A stretch of DNA of 64,000 nt, from NCBI GenBank assembly GCA_030583825.1, contig CP129477.1, positions 247,252-311,251 on the forward strand. Reading direction: 5' to 3'. A program made the position numbers and the translations under genes. Below, one piece after another: positions 1 to 7,411 of this stretch. Origin of the DNA: Candidatus Dojkabacteria bacterium. Lineage in GTDB: Bacteria > Patescibacteriota > Dojkabacteria > GCA-002793355. Position 1 is the stretch's first letter, and every line of letters begins with the position of its first letter. Under the pieces are notes generated by a model. The model did no database searches, had not been told where the DNA came from, and saw nothing but the letters and a program-made list of their open reading frames with translations.

Positions 1-1292
1 TGCTCTGCGACAACGTATGAGCCAACTCCAGATTTCAAAATTACCTGATACGCGGCATATCCACCATCCTGCGATGCAGCTTTTACAATATACATACCTA
101 ATCCAAGCTCATTCGCTGTATATGCATGTGCGCCACTTGATGGAGTTGCAGTATATGTACGGGCGACTTCTGCATCTTTTGTAAATAACCCCCAGTTAAC
201 CTGTCCTTCCTTTGCGTACTGTTCCATAATTCCTTGGATTCTGTCGCTACTTACCTTGTAAAATGTCATAACAATGCGTGACATTCCAGATGCCTCGACA
301 ACACTCACCTGGTTTTGATTCATATTCTGAACTTTTACAGGAAAATGTAGCTTTGGCCCTTGATACGCAACAGCTGTTCCGTCTGGGTTTTGAATATTTT
401 GAGCAACAGAAAAAGTTGATTCAGCTCCCTGCGATAATGTTTCGCCGCTTTCAGACGTTAACGACTGAGCAACTGTTACCGTGTATGTACCATTTGCCAT
501 TAACTGCTTTTCGGGGATAAATACAAACATTCCGTTCCTTTTTTCGATTTTTCCTGAAACGGAAGGAGCGATTGAAAACGCGGACTGAAACGCTTCGACA
601 GAAATATTGTCACGGTTTACCAACACTTCAATTGCTGTTGTAAATGGAGCAATGCTGCCTCCGGCAGGGGTAATACCTGTAACAGCAAACTTGGAACGTA
701 CCGGAATTACCCAAGATTGGCCAGATGCAAGATATGAGCCATCCTGAAATACAATACCCGGCTTTAACTCTAATTCATATACTGTTCCTTCCTGAAGATG
801 CTCTTTTGGTGTCACAATAATATTTTTCTTGTCCGGAGATAATTCAGTTGTAAGTTCAACTACCGGCGTTATCTTTACTGCAGACGCAATAAACCTTTCG
901 TTCATTTCTTTGCCTACCTGCAATGCAAACGATGGGACATTCGGATCAACGCCATACTCAGTAAACTGAATACCCTGCATTTGCACGGCTGCAACCTGTG
1001 GAGTCGCAATAAGGCGGATAACAGGAAGATACAAGTCAGGGCGAAACATCCATACACTAACAAGAAACACTGTCAGTAATGCAAACCCCGCTCCAAATAA
1101 TGCTGTAAGACGAAGGCGCATTGCTTTTGCCGTAGGAATTCGGAGCTTCTCTTTTGCTGCCTTTTTGGCAAACGCCGCATCAATACGGGATGAAACATCC
1201 TTTTTGGGAGGCATTTGCTTCTCAAGAAATGACGACAACGCATTGTAGTATTTCTCTTCTGTTACTTGTTCTTTCTTTTTAAACCAGTTCAT
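1..1292 (-). CDS. Membrane-anchored anti-sigma-factor-like protein with one TM helix and a long extracellular Ig-like/beta-rich region. It is partial, with its 3' end off the window.
   Basis: Manual translation of the minus strand from the ATG at 1292-1290 gives an uninterrupted frame to the window edge (MNWFKKKEQVTEEKYY...TM helix LRLTALFGAGFALLTVFLV...). It overlaps the stop of the upstream sigma gene by 14 nt. The ORF track omits it because it runs off the window. Confidence 0.45.
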   Translation of the reverse strand, partial: MNWFKKKEQVTEEKYYNALSSFLEKQMPPKKDVSSRIDAAFAKKAAKEKLRIPTAKAMRLRLTALFGAGFALLTVFLVSVWMFRPDLYLPVIRLIATPQVAAVQMQGIQFTEYGVDPNVPSFALQVGKEMNERFIASAVKITPVVELTTELSPDKKNIIVTPKEHLQEGTVYELELKPGIVFQDGSYLASGQSWVIPVRSKFAVTGITPAGGSIAPFTTAIEVLVNRDNISVEAFQSAFSIAPSVSGKIEKRNGMFVFIPEKQLMANGTYTVTVAQSLTSESGETLSQGAESTFSVAQNIQNPDGTAVAYQGPKLHFPVKVQNMNQNQVSVVEASGMSRIVMTFYKVSSDRIQGIMEQYAKEGQVNWGLFTKDAEVARTYTATPSSGAHAYTANELGLGMYIVKAASQDGGYAAYQVILKSGVGSYVVAE

Positions 1293-1878
1293 CACGTTTC
1301 TTCTTACTTTTTGGGTTATCTGCTTTATGTTTTTCTTTCTGCGACGATACAATAAATCCTAATTTATCAATTGACCGCTTGTATCGCATTTTGGCAGCCC
1401 CTTCAGCGATATCTAAAATAACGGCAATTTCAGCAAAAGGTAACTCTTGGAATATGCGTAATTCTATAATTTCGCGCTCAATTTGTTTTAAGTCGGCGAG
1501 CGCTTCATGAAGCTGACTGATTTGCTCATCTTTAATTTCGTTTTCGAGATAGTCTTTGATTTTGTCATCGGCGAAATCCACTTCGAATGATTCATCATCC
1601 GTTTTATCGGCATTTTTCTTTTCAATTTCAGACATTGTTTTGGATTTTTTGTAGTGAGCACTGCGAACATGGTCAATAATCAAGTTGTATGCAGTGCGGT
1701 ACGCCCAGGCTTGGGCATAATCTGCAACTTCTTTGCTTTCTTTCCACGCTTTGAACAATCGGAGAAATGCCTCACTGGTAATATCTTCTGCAACAGAGGC
1801 ATTACGGACTTTAAAATACACATATGTGTACAATTTCACTTTCAGTTTTTCGTACAGTTTTACAAACGGGGCATCCAT
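1279..1878 (-). CDS. ECF-type RNA polymerase sigma factor (sigma-70 family, regions 2 and 4)
   Basis: A 199-aa protein with a region-2-like segment (AYRTAYNLIIDHVRS) and a region-4 HTH (FAEIAVILDIAEGAAKMRYKRSIDKL). Gene order is sigma followed by an overlapping membrane partner. Confidence 0.8.
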   Translation of the reverse strand: MDAPFVKLYEKLKVKLYTYVYFKVRNASVAEDITSEAFLRLFKAWKESKEVADYAQAWAYRTAYNLIIDHVRSAHYKKSKTMSEIEKKNADKTDDESFEVDFADDKIKDYLENEIKDEQISQLHEALADLKQIEREIIELRIFQELPFAEIAVILDIAEGAAKMRYKRSIDKLGFIVSSQKEKHKADNPKSKKKRDELV

Positions 1879-1880
1879 AC

Positions 1881-2594
1881 CTATAAAATTTCTACTTGAA
1901 CTGCAGGGAGCTCTTCTGCCATTTTCTGCTTAAATACTTCTCCCATCTCCGGATCTCCAACAACAACTCCATAATGCACTGGAATGACAATTTGCGGCAA
2001 AATTGTTTTAGCAGCCGCAACAGCTTCGTCATCAGTCATTACATATGTTCCTGAAATTGGAAGAACTGCTACATCTACCATTCCTGTAAGCGCATCCATT
2101 TCCGGAATTTTATCAGTATCGCCGGCAATATAAATTGAGGCACCGGCGAATTCAATTAAAAAACCAACATATTCTTTCGACTTAGGATGATACGGATTTC
2201 CCTGTGGAGAGAGTTTATCAATATTGTACGCAGGCAGTGCCATAAATCTCACGAGTTCGCCATTGATTTCTACGGTATATTCTTCTAATGGAATAACCGA
2301 AACTAAATGCTCATCAGATTGCGTCAAAAATGTTTTGCTTTTATCCAAAATTGACGCAGGAAATACGTAGATTGTCTCTTTACGGGCAATAAATCCAACA
2401 TCTTTTGGTGAAAAATGATCAAAGTGATCATGAGTAAGAAAGATAGAATGCACAACTCCCAAATCTTTCATGATATCTGCCTCTATCATATACGGATCAA
2501 TCACAATCATTGTACCTGTCTCAGCATTTTTCAAAACTATCGTACTATGCTGAAGCTTTACTACTTCTAGTTTTTCGTACTGGAGTTTTAGCAT
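1881..2594 (-). CDS. MBL-fold metallo-hydrolase
   Basis: The HxHxDH motif (LTHDHFDHF) and overall beta-lactamase-fold pattern. It ends 3 nt before the sigma gene. Confidence 0.75.
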   Translation of the reverse strand: MLKLQYEKLEVVKLQHSTIVLKNAETGTMIVIDPYMIEADIMKDLGVVHSIFLTHDHFDHFSPKDVGFIARKETIYVFPASILDKSKTFLTQSDEHLVSVIPLEEYTVEINGELVRFMALPAYNIDKLSPQGNPYHPKSKEYVGFLIEFAGASIYIAGDTDKIPEMDALTGMVDVAVLPISGTYVMTDDEAVAAAKTILPQIVIPVHYGVVVGDPEMGEVFKQKMAEELPAVQVEIL

Positions 2595-3270
2595 CTACAA
2601 TTGCACTTGATTTAACCTCTTTTGCTTTCTCTTCTTGAGACTTCTGCATTTCCTGGGCAATAATAACATCTTGAATTGTCACCGTTCTAAAGAATTCATC
2701 GGGTTGAACGTATGTACCGTCGAATAGTCGTTCAAAATATCCTTGCGGTTGGAGTAATGGCATGTACGGAGCATAATCAACCGACGTTGAAACAATTTTC
2801 TGCGTATCTTTAAATGAATCTGCGAGCAAAATAACTCGTGTTGGGAAATTCAATCGCGTTGTAAAGTAAAGAACTGTTCTGCCATCGCGCTCTGCAACCC
2901 AAAAGTTAATAATATCATCCCAAAGGTACAACCTTCCGGCTGTTCTTATTCCTGCCTTTTCGATTGCATTATTAATCCGTGCCGCAGGAACTGTAAACAA
3001 AACATATAAAAGGAAAAATACTGCACCCGCTGTAATAGTGATAATCGGTTGTCCTACCCAAATAAAGTAGAGACCGATTAAAAGAACAAAAAGTGCGTAT
3101 GAGGATTTTTGTCCTCCGGAAAATGAGTATGAGAGACGATCGTCAGCTTCCCATTCAAATAACACTTCATTCACTTGAAACTTGCTCGGTATTTTTGCTT
3201 TCTCTTCTTCTATCGCTTTTTGAAATGTATTTGTAGAGACGGCGTTTTCTTCTGTATTGGACATAGCCAA
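2545..3270 (-). CDS. Membrane protein with a PH-like/DUF-type domain. Function unknown.
   Basis: Two hydrophobic helices (YALFVLLIGLYFIWV, AGAVFFLLYVLFTV) followed by a soluble region. The start overlaps the upstream ORF by about 100 nt. Confidence 0.4.
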   Translation of the reverse strand: MAMSNTEENAVSTNTFQKAIEEEKAKIPSKFQVNEVLFEWEADDRLSYSFSGGQKSSYALFVLLIGLYFIWVGQPIITITAGAVFFLLYVLFTVPAARINNAIEKAGIRTAGRLYLWDDIINFWVAERDGRTVLYFTTRLNFPTRVILLADSFKDTQKIVSTSVDYAPYMPLLQPQGYFERLFDGTYVQPDEFFRTVTIQDVIIAQEMQKSQEEKAKEVKSSAIVDAKTPVRKTRSSKASA

Positions 3271-3709
3271 CTATACCCCAAAAGGCAAGAAATGACAACA
3301 AAGCGAATAGAAAATGGATGATTTTGAAGACATGCAAAAGGAGCGTTACAAACAAATAAAAAACCAAAACCACATACATCGCCAAAATCACTTTGTCATT
3401 AATCTCAATCTCTTTGCGATGAATAAGTCTCCATGCGTTGTACAATACGGTTCCCAACAGTACTAAAAAACCACTGATACTGACAGTAAACAAGAGAACA
3501 AACATAAAAATATTTACAGTTTGAGGGGCACGTGATTCGCCTTGATACGGCAAAAATGATTCTGTTCCAAGAAGTGACCAAAGCACGAACCCTGAAACAA
3601 GAGAAATAAGGAGCATTCCACCAACCATGCCCCCCTTGTACACCTGTGCCTGTGTTATTGCAGACCTGAGAGGTAACTCAGAAGGTGTCTGGGGGACAGG
3701 ATCAGTCAT
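3167..3709 (-). CDS. Polytopic membrane protein of unknown function
   Basis: A 180-aa protein with four predicted TM helices and a basic C-terminal tail. Confidence 0.4.
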   Translation of the reverse strand: MTDPVPQTPSELPLRSAITQAQVYKGGMVGGMLLISLVSGFVLWSLLGTESFLPYQGESRAPQTVNIFMFVLLFTVSISGFLVLLGTVLYNAWRLIHRKEIEINDKVILAMYVVLVFYLFVTLLLHVFKIIHFLFALLSFLAFWGIVGYVQYRRKRRLYKYISKSDRRRESKNTEQVSSE

Positions 3710-3714
3710 AGAGA

Positions 3715-4743
3715 TTACTGTGCGAGATATTCTTCAATAATCGTCTGGAATGCTGAAAATGGATATGCACCACCAATGAATTTTCCTTTTACAGTACCGT
3801 CACTCTGGAGTTTTCCAATAACAAATCCTGGTGTTCCAATGCCACCCATTCCGTTTGCCTGCAACCATGCTGCAAGATTCCCCTGCAATTCAGTTACATC
3901 CTGCACGTCTTCTGCAACGACATTTTGTGTTTCTTTATTCTGAGCACATGAGTTTACTCGTCCGACATCAACTCCTGCTTGAGCAATAATTGAGTTCATA
4001 ACGGTAACATCGAAATCAAGACCGCTTGCTCCAGATTTCTGAAGCTTATCAAGCTGTGCAAATACTTGGTCATGGAAAATCTTATACGCAGAAAATCCTC
4101 CAATTTGGCGAACACATTCTGCACGAAGTGCTGTTTCTGTCGCTGCTGGCTCGTGAATAGACAATGGAAGGTTTTTATACACAAATGCGACCTGACCGTT
4201 ATTAATGTAGTTTGTCTGGATTGATTCATATGTTGCCGTTTCGGTCTTTTGGCCAGTCTGTACGTTAATTCCTGTAGCAAACTGTCGGCAGAATACACAC
4301 ATAAAGTCTGTTAATTCAACGATAACGACTTTTGCTTTATTTAAATCTCCCAATACAGCGCGATCTCGAACACGAATAACTGTTTCAGGAAATTGCTCTC
4401 CCGCCAATGCAGGATCTACAGTTCCGGTTCCTACTGCAGTACCTGTTTTTGCTCCCTGTGCTTTTAAGCCAAAGTACAATCCTCCACCGATACCGACGGC
4501 AAGAATCACTGCTGCAACAATAATTGCAACGGGTGTTGTTAAGGCAATTTGTGGAACTTTGATTGTAATATAGTCACCACCTGCTTTTGCCGACTTTGTA
4601 GTCGAAGAAACTGATTCTGCTGAGGCTTCTACAGCTTTTCGCTTTACAGCGGATGTTTCAGTGGCGTTTTTCTTGCTCACTGCGGAATTTTCTGATTCTT
4701 TCACTGACGGAATTGTAAAGTTATATTTTTTGTACTGTACCAA
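3715..4743 (-). CDS. DsbA-like thiol:disulfide oxidoreductase with an N-terminal membrane anchor
   Basis: A thioredoxin-fold CxxC motif (FMCVFCRQF) and one TM helix near residue 70. Confidence 0.7.
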   Translation of the reverse strand: MVQYKKYNFTIPSVKESENSAVSKKNATETSAVKRKAVEASAESVSSTTKSAKAGGDYITIKVPQIALTTPVAIIVAAVILAVGIGGGLYFGLKAQGAKTGTAVGTGTVDPALAGEQFPETVIRVRDRAVLGDLNKAKVVIVELTDFMCVFCRQFATGINVQTGQKTETATYESIQTNYINNGQVAFVYKNLPLSIHEPAATETALRAECVRQIGGFSAYKIFHDQVFAQLDKLQKSGASGLDFDVTVMNSIIAQAGVDVGRVNSCAQNKETQNVVAEDVQDVTELQGNLAAWLQANGMGGIGTPGFVIGKLQSDGTVKGKFIGGAYPFSAFQTIIEEYLAQ

Positions 4744-4850
4744 TCGGAGAGAGTTTTTGTCAAGGAAATATAAGAGTTTGCGCCATTTGTTTGACCTGCG
4801 AGACTAAATATAAAACATTGAATACGAGTGCGTGGACAGTAGTTACCTTA

Positions 4851-4861
4851 TGGGATATAAT
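4851..4861 (+). promoter_or_regulatory. Candidate promoter -10 region (TGGGATATAAT) for the ncRNA candidate
   Basis: TATAAT at 4856-4861, with a putative transcription start about 6-7 nt downstream at the first base of the closing stem. Confidence 0.35.
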
Positions 4862-4866
4862 TTACT

Positions 4867-5059
4867 AGACTCTATAGATTTGCTCTTTCTTTTAATAAGA
4901 AGAGATTACGGTGGCTTTTACTCAGCGACCAGACAAGACGAAAAAAGAATCCAATGCTCTAAGCAAAGATGGCCCTTCCCCCAAACCATCTTCCCCCGGA
5001 TTTCTTTATCGTTGTTTATGTCTGTTGCCGCGCCCACCTCATTTCTATAGAGTCTTTTT
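4867..5059 (+). ncRNA. Candidate structured non-coding RNA of about 193 nt, class unknown. Possibly a 6S-like rod architecture or a C-rich SD-targeting sRNA.
   Basis: A perfect 12-bp terminal inverted repeat, AGACTCTATAGA (4867-4878) and TCTATAGAGTCT (5044-5055), is followed directly by TTTTT. Internal stems are GGTGG/CCACC and AGATGG/CCATCT. The motif CTTCCCCC is duplicated. The element has its own -10 box and lies in a 530-bp gene-free interval. Confidence 0.4.
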
Positions 5060-5194
5060 CCCCTTTATTTTCTTTCTCGAGAAAGAGAAAAATGTAACAG
5101 TTACGCGAGTTTAGTAGCTATTTATTAATGAGTTTTGAAGAGCAAGATCCTTTATTTTTAGCCTGGACAGATACCTCAAGCTATAGGTCAAAAG

Positions 5195-5203
5195 TGGTAT
5201 AAT
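5195..5203 (+). promoter_or_regulatory. Extended -10 promoter TGGTATAAT
   Basis: A TGnTATAAT match, with a consensus SD (GGAGG at 5263-5267) seven nt before the ATG at 5275. Confidence 0.45.
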
Positions 5204-5274
5204 ACACTTAACCTGCAAGGGAGGTTGCACTAAAGGATACGCGGGAAATCCTATAAAAGAAAGGAGGTGATTAA

Positions 5275-5565
5275 ATGACCGACATGAGTGGAGTTGAGCT
5301 GTATCGCAGGAACGGACTCAATAACGTAGAAAACAACTTCAACGTTGACGAAATCTACGAAGCCGCAGTCCAGTCGCGTGAGCCAGATGTTCTTTCTATA
5401 TGGCAAAAGCCTAAAGAAACTGGTCATGGAACTGACACAATTCTCGCTCTCACACCTCTTCTCCATCTACCTGCGAAGCTGAAAGAGCTTTACGCTGCCT
5501 GCGGAAAGCCGCTATATGTTATCGCAGTCGATTCGGAAGAGTTCCCGCCCAACACGTATCCTTAA
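5275..5565 (+). CDS. Hypothetical small protein (96 aa)
   Basis: The best SD in the window (AAAGGAGGTGATTAAATG) and its own extended -10 promoter. No recognisable domain. Confidence 0.5.
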   Translation: MTDMSGVELYRRNGLNNVENNFNVDEIYEAAVQSREPDVLSIWQKPKETGHGTDTILALTPLLHLPAKLKELYAACGKPLYVIAVDSEEFPPNTYP

Positions 5566-5765
5566 ACGATCCCCCTTGCAGGCCTCTTCCCTATTTACCG
5601 TCACTCCTAAACAACCTCCAACTCATTGTGTTTTCTTTTGTTATACGCTACAATACTATTGTTATTATTGTGAAAGCAATATAACACTCGCAGGCAAAGA
5701 TCTGTGCAACTCAAGTTGTATCAGCGCTAGCTAGAGGGTTCTATTTATATTTTGTTCGGTTTGTT

Positions 5766-6023
5766 ATGAATAAATTGTTCGTGGGAAGCTTGCCTTTCCG
5801 AATGACCGATGAAGAGTTACACCAGCTCTTCGCTCAAGTAGGTCCAGTCGTATCTGCAAAAATCATCATTGATCGTGCAACCGGTCGCTCAAAAGGCTTC
5901 GGTTTTGTCGAAATGGAAAATGAATCAGACGTTGCGAAAGCAATTGAACAGCTTAATGGATCAGAAGTTGATGGAAGAACTATCGTTGTAAACGAAGCTC
6001 GACCAGAAGCACCAAGAAGATAA
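5766..6023 (+). CDS. RNA-binding protein with a single RRM domain
   Basis: RNP-2 (LFVGSL) and RNP-1 (KGFGFVEM) motifs. An 85-aa glycine-free short form. Confidence 0.85.
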   Translation: MNKLFVGSLPFRMTDEELHQLFAQVGPVVSAKIIIDRATGRSKGFGFVEMENESDVAKAIEQLNGSEVDGRTIVVNEARPEAPRR

Positions 6024-6044
6024 TCATTTTTTGATTTTTCAAAG

Positions 6045-6079
6045 CAGGCATGTTCTTTCGGGGGCGTGCCTGTTTTTTT
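6045..6079 (+). terminator. Rho-independent terminator downstream of the RRM gene
   Basis: Stem CAGGCATG/CGTGCCTG followed by TTTTTTT. Confidence 0.6.
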
Positions 6080-6166
6080 ATTTCCACACTCTCGGCCAAT
6101 ACACCCATAACGCACAATACCAATCGCAATAAGCAATAATCTGAATTACTAAAACATTGAGAATAG

Positions 6167-6823
6167 TTATGCGTGACCGTTCATTTTGTTCTCAAGGAAC
6201 ATGTTGATCAGGTTTTTGAAAAGGTTCTTTCGATTCAAATACTGGTCAAAAATGATAAAGTCAATATCAGCATTTTGGGCAAACTCTGAATCAACTTCAG
6301 AATCTCCAAAGTAAATAAACTCTTCTTTGGAAGAACCGGACTTCTCTATTAGATCCAGTAAACACTTAGGGTTTGGCTTTTTGTATCCTTCGTCAATGCA
6401 CGAAATTACTGTATCAAAGTATCCAAGAATACCGTTTGCTTCAAGGATCGGGATCATTAATTCTTTGTAACGGTTTGTACAGATATGTAGTTGCTTGCCA
6501 TTTGACTTTAGAAATTCGAAGATATTCACAACTCCTTCGAAAATTTTCATTTTATCAATATTTTCTTTTTGGATTTGCTTGTCTAAGTCTAACAGCTTTT
6601 GTACGTCAAGATCGCGATTAATTTCTTTTAGCGTGGTGCGATACAGGTCTTCAATGATCATTCCGCGGATAGAATCATGAATTTTCACAATGAGGTCAAA
6701 GTTTACATCAGGTGCAAGTTGCGTAATTGCTCGGGCCATAGTTTCGCCACAGAACTGGCGTCCATCCACGAGAGTGTCATCGAGATCGAAGACAAAGTGT
6801 TGTTTAAAAGTTTGTTTTTCCAT
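6167..6823 (-). CDS. HAD-superfamily hydrolase
   Basis: The N-terminal DxD motif (FDLDDTLVDG) and conserved downstream motifs (K...GDSEVD). Confidence 0.7.
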   Translation of the reverse strand: MEKQTFKQHFVFDLDDTLVDGRQFCGETMARAITQLAPDVNFDLIVKIHDSIRGMIIEDLYRTTLKEINRDLDVQKLLDLDKQIQKENIDKMKIFEGVVNIFEFLKSNGKQLHICTNRYKELMIPILEANGILGYFDTVISCIDEGYKKPNPKCLLDLIEKSGSSKEEFIYFGDSEVDSEFAQNADIDFIIFDQYLNRKNLFKNLINMFLENKMNGHA

Positions 6824-6943
6824 ACCGCGCTAATTATACCACTTGTAGAATTGCCATTGGTAGGCGATGTTTGAATCGGCTAACTTATCTCTATTCAGAG
6901 AAAATGATACGCACAGGAAACAGTACCGGAACAACCTGAAGTA

Positions 6944-6952
6944 TGGTAAAAT
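6944..6952 (+). promoter_or_regulatory. Extended -10 promoter TGGTAAAAT for the tRNA-His gene
   Basis: A TGn(-10) element 9 nt upstream of the tRNA 5' end. Confidence 0.4.
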
Positions 6953-6960
6953 TCGGATGT

Positions 6961-7033
6961 GGTGGCTGTAGCTCAGGGGTAGAGCACCTGTCTGTGGAAC
7001 AGGATGTCGTGGGTTCGAAACCCATCAGCCACC
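6961..7033 (+). tRNA. tRNA-His (anticodon GTG) with a genome-encoded G-1
   Basis: Cloverleaf folded by hand. Acceptor GTGGCTG/CAGCCAC, with an extra 5' G pairing discriminator C73. D stem GCTC/GAGC. Anticodon stem CCTGT/ACAGG with loop CTGTGGA (U33, anticodon GUG). T arm GTGGG-TTCGAAA-CCCAT. CCA is not fully encoded. Confidence 0.85.
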
Positions 7034-7386
7034 CATTTTGGGATTTTTAGACAACAAAATTGTCATTTCTTCTTTACTGGTCGGTATTTTCTGAGGTTCT
7101 AAGGTTTGTATAGCCTTCTCAAATTTAGGTTTTGCTTTCTTAATTATTTCAAGCGGTTTATCAACTTCTATTTGAATTTGTAAATCCTTAATAACAATAT
7201 TTGCTCCAAGTTGTAACAGTATCTCATTCTTAATAGGTAAATCTCCCTTTTCAAATCTGTCTTTAGCTTCTTTTGCAAACTTAAATGACTTCTTAGCTTT
7301 CTCAGTCCATTCTGAATCGTCAGCTTCTTACTAACTTTATCCAATTTGTCTTTTTGTTGTTCAGCTTTAACCTTCTTAACACTCAT
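7025..7386 (-). pseudogene. Frameshifted small gene relic. A Lys/Glu-rich helical protein of about 125 aa if one frameshift is repaired.
   Basis: The ATG frame (MSVKKVKAEQQKDKLDKVSKKL) continues in another frame (ADDSEWTEKAKKSFKFAKEAKDRFEKGDLPIKNEILLQLGANIVIKDLQIQIEVDKPLEIIKK...) that has no start of its own. The stop codon lies inside the tRNA-His 3' end. Confidence 0.35.
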
Positions 7387-7411
7387 ATTTATACTTATAT
7401 ATTTTTTACAA

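Noticed and set aside
278-520. 80-aa plus-strand ORF
   Set aside because: It lies antisense inside a continuous minus-strand coding frame that runs from 1292 to the window start. Judged spurious.
3996-4298. 100-aa minus-strand ORF inside the DsbA-like gene
   Set aside because: It is in an alternative frame of a well-supported CDS, and its Gln/Arg-rich composition looks like noise.
4867-5059. Assignment of the ncRNA candidate to SRP RNA, RNase P RNA or tmRNA
   Set aside because: No GGAA-tetraloop or SRP domain IV consensus is present. There are no RNase P conserved regions and no tRNA-like terminus. Only a generic 6S-like rod or sRNA interpretation remains, and that is unconfirmed.
4832-5114. 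Two short plus-strand ORFs (72 and 67 aa) in the 4744-5274 interval
   Set aside because: Odd composition and no start context. The interval is better explained by the structured ncRNA candidate.
7168-7386. 72-aa ORF as an intact gene
   Set aside because: Beyond the first roughly 22 residues the product is low-complexity, whereas the overlapping alternative frame is protein-like. It is treated as part of a frameshifted relic instead.
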